Source of the DNA: a bacterium
GTDB lineage: Bacteria; Zixibacteria; MSB-5A5; GN15; FEB-12
NCBI GenBank assembly: GCA_043811375.1
Contig: JBDRNJ010000019.1
Location: 1 to 64,000, forward strand
Direction of reading: 5' to 3'
Length of the DNA stretch: 64,000 nucleotides
Below, piece by piece: positions 17,336 to 27,328 of the stretch (the first letter of the stretch is position 1; each line of letters starts with the position of its first letter). Below the pieces are notes generated by a model. It had not been told where the DNA came from. It was given only the letters and a program-made list of their open reading frames with translations, and ran no database searches. Position numbers and translations under genes: made by a program.

Positions 17336-19561
17336 ATGTTTTTACAGCGCCCAATCGTCATGGTGGTCATTGTCATTTTATTGTCGTCCGGCACACTGAT
17401 GGCGCAGATCAGTGCCGGCGGCAGGCCGGTCAGCTTTGACGTGGTAACCCGATCCGATTTGCAAACCGTAACAATGCCGCCGGTCGACGTGGCAGCTTTA
17501 CTGGTTGAAGATTCCATAGAACAGTCCAAAGGTCTGCCGTATCGTTTTGGTGTCCCTTTTGAAGTCGATTACGATCTGCAAAGCCACGGCACCTGGGAGA
17601 CGCTTGACGATGGCGGCCGGTTGTGGCGCCTGCGCCTTGAGTGCCCGGGGGCTTTCTCAATCAACCTGGTTTACCGGCATTTCCGGCTGCCGCCGGGAGG
17701 ACGGTTGTTCATCTACAATGCCGACCGCAGCATGGTCATTGGCGCCTTTACCGAACAGAACAACAAGGAGTACCAACAGTTTGCCACCGGCCTGGTGGCG
17801 GGAGATGTGAGCATTCTCGAGTACTACGAACCTTCGCAAACGAAGACACCGGGGGTGATAAGCATCCAGCGCATAATCCACGGTTACAAGAATCTGTTTT
17901 CGTGGGATATTGCCAAAGACGCCGCCGGTTTTGGTGGTTCCGGCGCCTGTAACAACAACGTTAACTGCCCTGAGGGAGCCGAGTGGCAGGATGACAAGCG
18001 GTCGGTGGCCATGATACTCACATCCGGCGGCTGGCGTCTTTGCACCGGCGCCCTGGTCAATAACGTCCGACAGGATCAGACACCGTATTTTCTCACCGCC
18101 GATCACTGTCTGGGCGGTGAGCAGACCTGGGTGTTCATGTTCAACTATGAAAGCCCGTCCTGCAGCAACATAGACGGCCCCACCTGGATGACGGTCTCGG
18201 GGTCGACATTGCGAGCCAACAACTCGTATTCGGATTTTGCCCTGCTGGAATTGACGGAAATGCCGCCCGACTCCTACGAGGTATATTATGCCGGCTGGTC
18301 AGCCGTCAACAGTCCGGCGTCGTCATCGGTCGGCATTCACCACCCGTCCGGCGATATTAAAAAAATCTCTTTTGACTACGATCCGGTGACAACATCGGGG
18401 GTATTCTGGCAAATCGGCCAGTGGGAGGACGGCACGACGGAGCCGGGCTCCAGCGGTTCACCTCTTTTTGACTCGACCAGTCACCGTATTATCGGTCAAC
18501 TCTGTTGCGGCACGGCCTCCTGTCAGAGCCTCACCTCCGACTACTATGGCAAGTTTTCCCTGTCGTGGAACAACGGCGGCAGTTCTTCGACCCAACTGAA
18601 AGACTGGCTGGACCCTGACAATACCGGGACTTTGTCTCTTGACGGTTCGATGGAACCTAAGGGAGTATCGTTTACCGCCGATGCCACGGTCGGCTGGGTG
18701 CCGCTGGAGGTACAGTTTACCGGGTCATCTTCCCTGCCCGTGGATGCCTGGACCTGGGATTTCGGTGACGGGGACTCGGCCCTGGTTCAATCGCCGAGTC
18801 ACATCTATAACGAAGCCGGAATGTACGATGTCACCCTGCAGATTATTTCCGGCAGCGATACTCTCAACCAAGTGCGCACCAACTACGTAGCAGCCCTGGC
18901 CGACACCCTGCACAGCAACGACACCAGTGTCACACCCGGCAGCACGATGGTATTGACCATAATGGCCCGCCACAACGTTCCGGTGAACCTCTTCCGGCTG
19001 CCCCTGCAGTGGAGCGGAACGCTTGACGTCACCTACGATTCGTTTTCGACGGTCGGCTGTCGGACCGATTACTTTGCCGTGCAACAGTATGCCCATTTCA
19101 ATCCGGCCGGTAAAGAGGCTACTATCAAATTACAGGCTTCATCCAGCGGTACATTGTCCGAACTGTCGCCCGGCTACGGTCCCATCGCCAAATTGTACCT
19201 GGGTATTTCCGGATCAGCCAGCCCGGGTCAGAGCGTTCTGATAGACATGACCGGTTACAGCAGCTATGAGCCGGAATTCAGCGGCAGCCGACTCGACTAT
19301 CGACCGGAAATCGTCTCCGCTACTCTGGCCTACCTCACCTGCTGTGTGGGTGTGCGGGGAAACGCTGATGGCGACATCGCCGATGAAATCAATGTTGGCG
19401 ATTTAACGTACTTAATAGCCTACCTGTTTTCCGGCGGGCCGGTTCCGCCCTGCGAACAGGAGGCTGACGTCGACAGCTCCGGTGATATCATCGTGTCCGA
19501 TATTTCGTACCTGGTGGCATACCTGTTTAAGGGTGGACCGTCTCCTTACCCTTGCCCGTAG
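17336..19561 (+). CDS. Secreted trypsin-like (lysyl endopeptidase-like) protease with PKD, cohesin-like and dockerin-like domains
   Basis: Signal peptide; TADHC / DFALL / GSSGS catalytic triad; PKD 'WTWDFGDG'; C-terminal 'CCVGVRGNADGD..DLTYLIAYLF.GGP'. Confidence 0.85.
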   Translation: MFLQRPIVMVVIVILLSSGTLMAQISAGGRPVSFDVVTRSDLQTVTMPPVDVAALLVEDSIEQSKGLPYRFGVPFEVDYDLQSHGTWETLDDGGRLWRLRLECPGAFSINLVYRHFRLPPGGRLFIYNADRSMVIGAFTEQNNKEYQQFATGLVAGDVSILEYYEPSQTKTPGVISIQRIIHGYKNLFSWDIAKDAAGFGGSGACNNNVNCPEGAEWQDDKRSVAMILTSGGWRLCTGALVNNVRQDQTPYFLTADHCLGGEQTWVFMFNYESPSCSNIDGPTWMTVSGSTLRANNSYSDFALLELTEMPPDSYEVYYAGWSAVNSPASSSVGIHHPSGDIKKISFDYDPVTTSGVFWQIGQWEDGTTEPGSSGSPLFDSTSHRIIGQLCCGTASCQSLTSDYYGKFSLSWNNGGSSSTQLKDWLDPDNTGTLSLDGSMEPKGVSFTADATVGWVPLEVQFTGSSSLPVDAWTWDFGDGDSALVQSPSHIYNEAGMYDVTLQIISGSDTLNQVRTNYVAALADTLHSNDTSVTPGSTMVLTIMARHNVPVNLFRLPLQWSGTLDVTYDSFSTVGCRTDYFAVQQYAHFNPAGKEATIKLQASSSGTLSELSPGYGPIAKLYLGISGSASPGQSVLIDMTGYSSYEPEFSGSRLDYRPEIVSATLAYLTCCVGVRGNADGDIADEINVGDLTYLIAYLFSGGPVPPCEQEADVDSSGDIIVSDISYLVAYLFKGGPSPYPCP

Positions 19562-19706
19562 CGAACTCGACTGTGTATCCGGTATCTTTGATCGACCTCG
19601 ATGGTGGCTGCCTGCCGCCATCGAGATCATTTATTCCTTGACTATCGTTGTATAAGTATTGAATATATGATTCGAGTAAACCGCTACTTGAAATAAGGAG
19701 TCTGTT

Positions 19707-20417
19707 GTGAAAAAGCTGATTTTAGCTTGCCTTATAGTAGCTCTGGCGGCGCCGGGCCTTCAGGCACGAAAGAAGAAAGATCAAGCCGGAAATGTCCAGG
19801 ACAAAGTTTTCACGGATAATAAGTATAACTTCAGCATTTCCATCAACGAGGGCTGGAAATACAAGATCCAATCCGACAAAAGTAACTTCCGACTGGTTCT
19901 GTCGCAGAAGAATTTCGAGATTCCCGCCGACTACATGGACGCCCAGGATTACACCAAGGTCCCCCGGATTGTCTTCTATGCCGACACCACCAATATGAGC
20001 GCCATGGCGTTTTTGGATTCGTTGCTGAGCGGCACCTATTCCTCCTACCAGAAGAAGGAAATCCTTAAAGAGTTTGAAATCCTCAATGATCAAGCCATTG
20101 AGGATGGCGCAACGCGTGAAAAAACCGTCACCACGAAGCGAACCACGCTGTCCGTGGGAGGGCAGGCGGGAGCGATCTGGCAGGGCCAATCCGATTACAG
20201 GAAACCGATACCCCACCCCAGCGACGTAAACAAGGGTATGATGGTCTCCGCAGCCTACGGCGGCGGGATTGTCATCGCCCGGAATGACAACATCGTGGTG
20301 CTCTGCCACGTCATCTGCGAATTGGACTACTTCGACGATATCATGAAAGAGATGGTGGAAATAGTTACTTCTATCACCTGGGCCGGCGACACACCCGAGA
20401 AGAAGGAGAAACCCTAA
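19707..20417 (+). CDS. Exported hypothetical protein
   Basis: AAGGAG RBS, GTG start, signal peptide, 236 aa. Confidence 0.75.
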   Translation: MKKLILACLIVALAAPGLQARKKKDQAGNVQDKVFTDNKYNFSISINEGWKYKIQSDKSNFRLVLSQKNFEIPADYMDAQDYTKVPRIVFYADTTNMSAMAFLDSLLSGTYSSYQKKEILKEFEILNDQAIEDGATREKTVTTKRTTLSVGGQAGAIWQGQSDYRKPIPHPSDVNKGMMVSAAYGGGIVIARNDNIVVLCHVICELDYFDDIMKEMVEIVTSITWAGDTPEKKEKP

Positions 20418-20489
20418 GGCGCTTCAAACCCGACGGGCATTCTCGATGCTGCCGGATCCGGCGAAGAAAAATGATATTGTGGAGGATCT

Positions 20490-20861
20490 ATGTGGATACT
20501 GAGGGCAATCGTGGTAGCGTTGGTTGTTGTCTGCGTGGTGGCTTTCGCCCTGTACAATGCCGGTTCCGGCCAGGCGGTGGCCATTGACCTGATTTGGGTC
20601 AAGTATGTTGACGTTCCCCTGATTACGGTCGTGTTCTGGTCCTTCGCCGCCGGTGTCGTGGTATCGCTGGCGTTGTTCATATCGGTGTATATCAGACTAT
20701 CGGTGCAACTGCACTCGACGCGCAAGCAAGCCCGGGGGCTGGAGGGTGAAGTTACAATCCTGAGGAACCGGCCCATTGAAGAGTCCGCCGACGTGCTGGC
20801 TCATCCCGAGAAACGGACCGGTGCCGCCGGTTCACATTTCGGAGCGAGTGAACAGCCATGA
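20490..20861 (+). CDS. LapA-family (lipopolysaccharide assembly) membrane protein
   Basis: Two TMs, 'FALYN..VPL..F..G' pattern, C-terminal coiled coil; precedes a LapB-like TPR gene. Confidence 0.7.
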   Translation: MWILRAIVVALVVVCVVAFALYNAGSGQAVAIDLIWVKYVDVPLITVVFWSFAAGVVVSLALFISVYIRLSVQLHSTRKQARGLEGEVTILRNRPIEESADVLAHPEKRTGAAGSHFGASEQP

Positions 20862-21955
20862 CACAGTACTTGCTGGTGTTTCTGACCCTGCTGGCAGGGG
20901 CGGTGGCATTTTACCTGATCTATGAGCGGTATTTCAGCAATCCCGTCAAGCCGGTATCGTCGTTGTACATGGCAGCGTTGCGGGATCTTCTGGATGGTGA
21001 ACAGGCGTCGGCGTTCGCCAAGTTACGCCAGGTGGTGGCTGAAGACTCCACCAATCTGGATGCCTATCTGAGGCTGGGACAGATACTCCGCGAAAACAAT
21101 AAAACTCAACAAGCCATACAGGTACATAAGGATTTAACCCTGCGCAGCGATCTGTCCGTGAGCGACAAGTCGACAATCCTCAAACAACTGACCCTTGATT
21201 ACAAAGACCTCAACGACCCGGACATGGCCGAAGCTGCTTTGCGCGAGTTGGTAAGTATCGATTCACGGAACTACTGGGCGCATGTCAATTTATTGGAATT
21301 GTACCAGCAGGCACACAAGTGGGAAGAGGCCTACGACGTCGCCAACACGATCCTGAGACTGGAAGGCAACAAATCGAAACGACCCCTGGCCATGTTTAAG
21401 CATCGTCTCGGACAACAGTCGTACCGCAAAAAAGAGTATCACAAAGCCAGAGTGCTCTTCAAGGAGGCTATCGGGCTGGACCCGTCATTTGTGCCGGCCT
21501 ACCTGGCGGTTGGTGACTCCTATTATGAGCAGGACCGCCCGGATGACGCCGTCAATTTCTGGAGCAAACTCATTTCAGCGGTGCCCGATCAGGGTCATCG
21601 AGTGATCGAACGACTTAAAAAGACATTGTTTGATCTCGGTCGCTTTGGCGAAATTGCCGAGATATGCGAACGGATACTGAAAGATTCACCCCGAAACGTT
21701 CAGGCTCGTCTGACGCTGGCGGAGTTCCATGAAAAAAAGGGTGATCTTGACGCCGCCGAAGAACTCCTGGCTCAGATCGTCGATGACTCCCCGGATGACC
21801 TGCACTCGATTGTCGAGTTGATCAGAGTTTATCTGGAAAAGAACGATACCCGCAAAATCCGGGAGCTGTTCCGCACGCTGGAGCAGCGACGGGAAAGACA
21901 ACTCAGTCGCCAGAAAGACGAGTGGACCGATGCTGAGCCGGTCGGCATCGTCTGA
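20858..21955 (+). CDS. LapB-like TPR protein (no C-terminal rubredoxin motif seen)
   Basis: N-terminal TM; 'AYLRLGQILRE...AIQVHKDL' typical of LapB; TPR repeats. Confidence 0.7.
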   Translation: MTQYLLVFLTLLAGAVAFYLIYERYFSNPVKPVSSLYMAALRDLLDGEQASAFAKLRQVVAEDSTNLDAYLRLGQILRENNKTQQAIQVHKDLTLRSDLSVSDKSTILKQLTLDYKDLNDPDMAEAALRELVSIDSRNYWAHVNLLELYQQAHKWEEAYDVANTILRLEGNKSKRPLAMFKHRLGQQSYRKKEYHKARVLFKEAIGLDPSFVPAYLAVGDSYYEQDRPDDAVNFWSKLISAVPDQGHRVIERLKKTLFDLGRFGEIAEICERILKDSPRNVQARLTLAEFHEKKGDLDAAEELLAQIVDDSPDDLHSIVELIRVYLEKNDTRKIRELFRTLEQRRERQLSRQKDEWTDAEPVGIV

Positions 21956-21983
21956 CGAACCGGCAACCTGGAATTGTGTTTCA

Positions 21984-22982
21984 ATGACAATGAGATGGTT
22001 GGTATTGGTAGCGGCAGTTGTTGTCCTGGCCGCACCCGCATCGGCGGAAAGTATCTATAGCCTTATCGCCAGGGGTGATCTTGACGCCGCCCGCGACTCC
22101 CTCTCGAAAGCATCCACGGCATCGCTGCGCGACGGCAATCGTCTCTTCTACATGAGTCTGCTGGAACCCAACGGGGTCGAGGCGGCTCGTCTGATGGAAG
22201 CTGCCCTGCTGGCTTCAGTATCCCCGTCGCACCGCGAAGAAATCTATTTCCGTCTGGCCCAGTACCATTTTCTGCAGGGTAACATTCAGAGACTCCACCA
22301 ACTGGTGACCGAGTACGGCACTCTGTGGGAAGCGGGAAAATTCCGTGGCGAGATGCTGCGGTTGTCGGCCTGGCTGGATGAGAAAGCCGGGGAGTATGAA
22401 TCGGCGGTTCGCCAGTCCGACCGTTACCTGCTGGAGTACTCCGAGGGCTATGCCCGGCAATGGGGATTGCTGGACAAAGCCCGTATAATGCTCAGCTTCG
22501 GCAAGAAAATCGGAGCCGCCAAACTGCTGCGAGAGTTGTCACGCGAAAAATCCGGACCGGGTGTTTCCCAGGCATTGTTCCTGCTGGCTCAAAATGCAAT
22601 TGATGCCTCACGAACCGATGATGCCGTGTTTTACTTCAATGTTCTGCGCGAGGGTTACCCGGAGGCCGTAGGCCTGGATATTCTGATTGACCGCATGTCC
22701 GGTATGACATCGCCGGATGCCGATGACGCCGCCGCCGAAAAACTGACCGGCACCTTCTTCTCCGTAAAGGTAGGCGTTTTTGCCGAGCACCGCAATGCCG
22801 AGAGCCAGGCCAGGAAGTTCTCCACCTACGACAAGAAAGTTGATGTTAAAACCAAGACCATTTCCGACAAGAAGTATCGAATCGTGTACGTGGGACGTTT
22901 TCAGACCTACGATGAAGCCCTCGCCTTCAAGGAGACACTCGAGGCCAATCACAAGGAGGTCTTCCAGGTTGTGGCTCGATGA
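21984..22982 (+). CDS. Exported TPR + SPOR domain protein
   Basis: Signal peptide; C-terminal 'SVKVGVF...NAE...YRIVYVGRFQTYDEA'. Confidence 0.8.
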   Translation: MTMRWLVLVAAVVVLAAPASAESIYSLIARGDLDAARDSLSKASTASLRDGNRLFYMSLLEPNGVEAARLMEAALLASVSPSHREEIYFRLAQYHFLQGNIQRLHQLVTEYGTLWEAGKFRGEMLRLSAWLDEKAGEYESAVRQSDRYLLEYSEGYARQWGLLDKARIMLSFGKKIGAAKLLRELSREKSGPGVSQALFLLAQNAIDASRTDDAVFYFNVLREGYPEAVGLDILIDRMSGMTSPDADDAAAEKLTGTFFSVKVGVFAEHRNAESQARKFSTYDKKVDVKTKTISDKKYRIVYVGRFQTYDEALAFKETLEANHKEVFQVVAR

Positions 22983-25582
22983 GCAAGTCCGCTGACAAAT
23001 CTTCCTTTACCCCTCTGATGCGACAGTACCATGCTGTCAAAGAGAAGCATCCCGACAAAATCCTCTTTTTCCGCATGGGTGACTTCTATGAGATGTTCGG
23101 TGATGATGCCGTCAAGGCGGCACCGATACTGGGCATCGCCCTGACCTCCCGCTCCCACGGCAGTTCCGAACGTATTCCTCTGGCCGGAGTACCTTATCAT
23201 TCAGCCGATAAGTACCTGTCCAAACTGCTGGCCGGCGGCCTGAAAGTGGTCGTGGTGGAACAGGTGGAAGACCCGAAGACAGCTCGTGGCATCGTCAAGC
23301 GCGAGATCGTGGAAATCCTGACGCCGGGCACTACTACTGTCGATACTCCCGATAGCGACCATCGCTCGATCTGGCTGACGGCACTATGTCTATCAGGAAA
23401 CAGAACAATGGGGCTGGCGGCGCTCGATCTGTCAACCGGCTTATTTCTGGTCGACGAGGGATCGACCGAAGAAATGATGGAGCGGCTGCTGGTGATGGAA
23501 CCCTCGGAGATACTGGTTCCGGAAGGATGGCAGGAAAACAATGCGGCAACCCTGGCTGACCTGGACAACGGCAGCTTCCGTGTTACTCTCTTTGGCGAGT
23601 GGAATTTCAACTACAAAACTGCCCGGCGGGACCTGAACCGGCATTTCGGCACCTCTACCCTGGACGGATTCGGGTTAGCCAGTCAGCGGCCGGCCGTAGC
23701 GGCAGCCGGAGCCATTTTACGCTACCTGCATGAAAACCACCGCGACCGCCTGGATCACATCCATAAACTGACGAAGTTTGACCGCGATGAGTTCATGATG
23801 CTGGACTACAGCACGGTCCGCAACCTGGAACTGCTGAAAAACATTGCCGGCGGCAGTGAAGAGCACTCGTTGTTTTCTGTCGTGAATCTGTGCCACACGG
23901 CTGCCGGTGCCCGACGTCTTCAGGGGAGCCTGTTGCGGCCGTTTCGATCCCGAAGCCGGATAGAACTGCGCCAGTCGGGGATTGCGGAACTCGTCAAAAA
24001 CCGGGAACTGGCAACTCGTATCCGGGAACAGACGAAACACCTTCCTGACCTGGAAAAGCTGGCCGGTAGACTGGGGATTGGCAAGATCAACCCCCGCCAG
24101 ATGGCCGGTGTCAAGGAGGCTCTGATAATCGCTCGCAGTATCAGGACCATCCTGGCTGATGTCTTCAGCCCTCACTTGAGCCGACTGGCGGTATCGTTGC
24201 CGGACTGTGCCGATATCGTTTTGCACCTCGACGAAGCCCTGGTCGATGAACCTCCCCTGGTAGCCAGTAAGGGAGGTCTCTTCAAACGCGGTTTCTCACA
24301 ACAACTGGATGAACTAAACGACTCCATTCGAGGGGCACGATCATACATCGGCTCGCTGCAGAAAACGGAGAGAGCGCGGACCGGTATCAACAGCCTGAAG
24401 GTCGGGTTCAACAAGGTGTTCGGGTACTACATCGAAGTCACCAAAGCCAACCTTGAAGCCGTCCCCGAAGAGTACCTGCGAAAACAAACATTGGTCAATG
24501 CCGAGCGGTTCATTACACCCGACCTCAAAGAAAAAGAGGAACTGATCCTTGGCGCCGAAGAGAAGATCTTTGCCCTGGAGGAACAGCTCTACCGGGAATT
24601 GACGGACTATCTCAGCACCCGAATTGCCGACATCATGCACACCGCCGAATTGCTGGCTGAACTGGATCTGGTAACGTCGCTGGCTCAACTGGCCGTGCAG
24701 AAGAGTTATTGCCGACCGGAAATCTTTGAGGACACGCGGCTGGTTATCGTCAATGGCCGGCACCCGGTGATCGAAACGGTCCTGCCGCCCGGTACGTTCG
24801 TTGCCAACGACACTAACCTGACCTCCGACGGCGGCGATATTCATATTCTTACCGGTCCCAACATGTCCGGCAAATCGACTTATCTGCGGCAGATCGGCCT
24901 GATTGCGATACTGGCCCAGATCGGTTCTTACGTACCGGCCGACCGAGCCGAAATCGGCCTGGTGGATCGTGTCTTCACGCGTGTCGGCGCCCTGGACAAC
25001 CTGGCTCGCGGGCAGTCCACGTTCCTGGTGGAGATGGTCGAGACGGCCAACATCCTGCACAACGCCTCAAAACGATCGCTGGTGCTGTTGGATGAAGTCG
25101 GCCGGGGGACATCTACTTTCGACGGCCTGTCGGTGGCGTGGGCGGCGGTGGAGCATATCAACGAGTCAATCGCCTGTAGGACTATCTTCGCCACTCATTA
25201 CCACGAACTGACGGGAATGGCCGAGCTGTGCGAGCGGGTTCATAATTACCAGGTAGCCGTCAGGAAATGGGAAGACAAGGTGATTTTCCTGCACCAGATA
25301 ATCCCCGGCGGCTGCGACGACTCCTACGGTATCGAGGTGGCCAAGCTGGCGGGGTTGCCCCGAACCACGGTCAACCGCGCCAAACAGATCCTGCGGCTGC
25401 TGGAGTCGGGGAAGTTTACACAAAGCGAACTGGGTAAGGGGATATACAAAACGAAAGTACAGACCTCCCTTTTTGACAAGCGCCCTTCAAAGGTAGAGGA
25501 AAAGCTGAAAGAGATTGACCCGGACAACATGACGCCGATAGAGGCGTTGGATTTGTTGCGGCAGTTGAAGGAGGAGTTGTAG
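22979..25582 (+). CDS. mutS: DNA mismatch repair protein MutS
   Basis: TPLMRQY, FRMGDFYEMF, GPNMSGKSTYLRQ, DEVGRGTS, FATHYHEL. Confidence 0.98.
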   Translation: MSKSADKSSFTPLMRQYHAVKEKHPDKILFFRMGDFYEMFGDDAVKAAPILGIALTSRSHGSSERIPLAGVPYHSADKYLSKLLAGGLKVVVVEQVEDPKTARGIVKREIVEILTPGTTTVDTPDSDHRSIWLTALCLSGNRTMGLAALDLSTGLFLVDEGSTEEMMERLLVMEPSEILVPEGWQENNAATLADLDNGSFRVTLFGEWNFNYKTARRDLNRHFGTSTLDGFGLASQRPAVAAAGAILRYLHENHRDRLDHIHKLTKFDRDEFMMLDYSTVRNLELLKNIAGGSEEHSLFSVVNLCHTAAGARRLQGSLLRPFRSRSRIELRQSGIAELVKNRELATRIREQTKHLPDLEKLAGRLGIGKINPRQMAGVKEALIIARSIRTILADVFSPHLSRLAVSLPDCADIVLHLDEALVDEPPLVASKGGLFKRGFSQQLDELNDSIRGARSYIGSLQKTERARTGINSLKVGFNKVFGYYIEVTKANLEAVPEEYLRKQTLVNAERFITPDLKEKEELILGAEEKIFALEEQLYRELTDYLSTRIADIMHTAELLAELDLVTSLAQLAVQKSYCRPEIFEDTRLVIVNGRHPVIETVLPPGTFVANDTNLTSDGGDIHILTGPNMSGKSTYLRQIGLIAILAQIGSYVPADRAEIGLVDRVFTRVGALDNLARGQSTFLVEMVETANILHNASKRSLVLLDEVGRGTSTFDGLSVAWAAVEHINESIACRTIFATHYHELTGMAELCERVHNYQVAVRKWEDKVIFLHQIIPGGCDDSYGIEVAKLAGLPRTTVNRAKQILRLLESGKFTQSELGKGIYKTKVQTSLFDKRPSKVEEKLKEIDPDNMTPIEALDLLRQLKEEL

Positions 25583-25638
25583 GGCAGGTCCGGTACGGAC
25601 CTGCCACCAATCGTCGGGAGACGGGGCTCCTACTCTAC
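25579..25638. repeat. GTAG-type REP-like palindromic element
   Basis: GTAG-GGCAGGTCCG-gta-CGGACCTGCC...CTAC; shares GTAGGGCAGGTC with the elements at 39048 and 40153. Confidence 0.65.
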
Positions 25639-25684
25639 AAACTAAGACTTGCGTTGAGATATATCAATGTGTTTTCTTGCCGGT

Positions 25685-27277
25685 ATGGTTGAAAACTGTC
25701 TTTATTTCGGTGATAACCTTGATATACTTCGTCATCACATAAAAGACGAGTCGGTCGATCTCGTTTACCTTGATCCCCCGTTCAATTCCAACCGTGCCTA
25801 CAATGTGATCTTTCAAGACAAAACAGGCAAGAAGGCCGCAGCCCAGATTCGAGCTTTCGAGGATACCTGGTGGTGGAGTGACGAAACGCAGGCCGCTTAT
25901 GATGAAATGTTAAGCGGCGATTATCCTGTCCAATTAAAGGACATGCTTATGGCGTTCCGTGAGTTCATGGGGCCAACCAATATGATGGCCTACCTGACGA
26001 TGATGGCAATTCGGCTGTTTGAACTACACCGGGTGCTCAAACCAACCGGGTCGCTTTATCTTCACTGTGATCCGACAGCTGGTCATTATCTTAAAATTCT
26101 TCTTGATCAGGTTTTTGGAATTAAAAACTTTCGCAACGAGATCGTGTGGAAGAGGACCAGCGGACACAGTGATAAGAAGGGGTGTGGTAGTACACATGAT
26201 ATTCTGTTCTACTACACGAAAAGTGATTTATTTACATGGAATAGAATATTCCAGGACTATTCGGAAGAATACATACGAACTCATTTTAGGAAGGACGAAG
26301 ATGGCCGGGTTTTTCAAGATTATGATTTGACAGCCGGTGGTTTGTCGGGTGGAGGTTACGGCTATGAATGGAAAGGAATAACGCGAACATGGCGTTGTCC
26401 ATTAGACACCATGAAGAAATACGAAAAGGAAGACCGGCTTTATTATACACGCTCCGGCCTAGCTCGTTACAAACGCTACTTGGATGAAATCCCTGGTACA
26501 CCGCTCCAGGATGTCTGGAGCGATATTCCACCTGTGAATCCAGCATCGAAGGAGAAGTTGGGTTATCCCACTCAAAAACCACTTGCACTTCTTGAAAGGA
26601 TCGTTATATCCTCTTCGAATGAAGGTGACGTTTTGCTCGACCCCTTCTGCGGCTGTGGCACTACAATAGCAGCAGCAGAAAAGCTGCGTCGCAAATGGAT
26701 CGGGATTGATATTACATATCTTGCTATTGCCCTCATTAAGAAAAGGATTCTTGAACATTTCCCTGACTGCAAGTTTGAGATAATCGGTGAGCCAAAGTCG
26801 ACCGACGATGCTAAGGCGCTATTCAAACAGTCGCCATTTCAATTTGAAAGCTGGGCGGTATCGTTCCTTGGAGGGCAACCGTTCAAAAGCACCGGCGGAG
26901 GCGACACCGGCATAGACGGCTTCCTGTACTTCCAGGATTACAAGAAGAAGTATCACAAAGTGATTATCGAAGTAAAAGGCGGTAAATATCAGCCGCGTGA
27001 TATCAGAGCTTTAGCCAGAGTGATGGAGCGTGAAGGTGCTCCGCTGAGTATTCTCATTGCCTTACAACCTCCCACTGCCGGCATGAAGCGTGAAGCCACT
27101 ACGCTTGGTAAATGGCAACTACCCGGACACGACAAAGAATTTCCGGTTCTACAAATTGTTACGATTGATGAACTTTTCAAGGGCAAGCTACCTAAACTGC
27201 CTGACACAAGTAGTACCTTAAAACGTGCTCAGCAAATGGTAAAAGAAAATCATCAGAACCATCTTGATCTCAAGTAA
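25685..27277 (+). CDS. N6/N4 DNA methyltransferase fused to a C-terminal Mrr-like PD-(D/E)XK domain
   Basis: 'VDLVYLDPPFNS', 'YPTQKP', 'LDPFCGCGTT'; C-terminal 'DTGIDG..IIEVKGG'; visibly AT-richer than flanks. Confidence 0.85.
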   Translation: MVENCLYFGDNLDILRHHIKDESVDLVYLDPPFNSNRAYNVIFQDKTGKKAAAQIRAFEDTWWWSDETQAAYDEMLSGDYPVQLKDMLMAFREFMGPTNMMAYLTMMAIRLFELHRVLKPTGSLYLHCDPTAGHYLKILLDQVFGIKNFRNEIVWKRTSGHSDKKGCGSTHDILFYYTKSDLFTWNRIFQDYSEEYIRTHFRKDEDGRVFQDYDLTAGGLSGGGYGYEWKGITRTWRCPLDTMKKYEKEDRLYYTRSGLARYKRYLDEIPGTPLQDVWSDIPPVNPASKEKLGYPTQKPLALLERIVISSSNEGDVLLDPFCGCGTTIAAAEKLRRKWIGIDITYLAIALIKKRILEHFPDCKFEIIGEPKSTDDAKALFKQSPFQFESWAVSFLGGQPFKSTGGGDTGIDGFLYFQDYKKKYHKVIIEVKGGKYQPRDIRALARVMEREGAPLSILIALQPPTAGMKREATTLGKWQLPGHDKEFPVLQIVTIDELFKGKLPKLPDTSSTLKRAQQMVKENHQNHLDLK

Positions 27278-27288
27278 TCAGGTATCCC

Positions 27289-27317
27289 AGGTCGAAACCA
27301 CAGGGGTGTCGACCTAC
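27289..27317. repeat. REP-like hairpin ending in CTAC
   Basis: AGGTCGA..TCGACCT-AC directly after the MTase gene. Confidence 0.45.
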
Positions 27318-27328
27318 AAGTTAGTACC

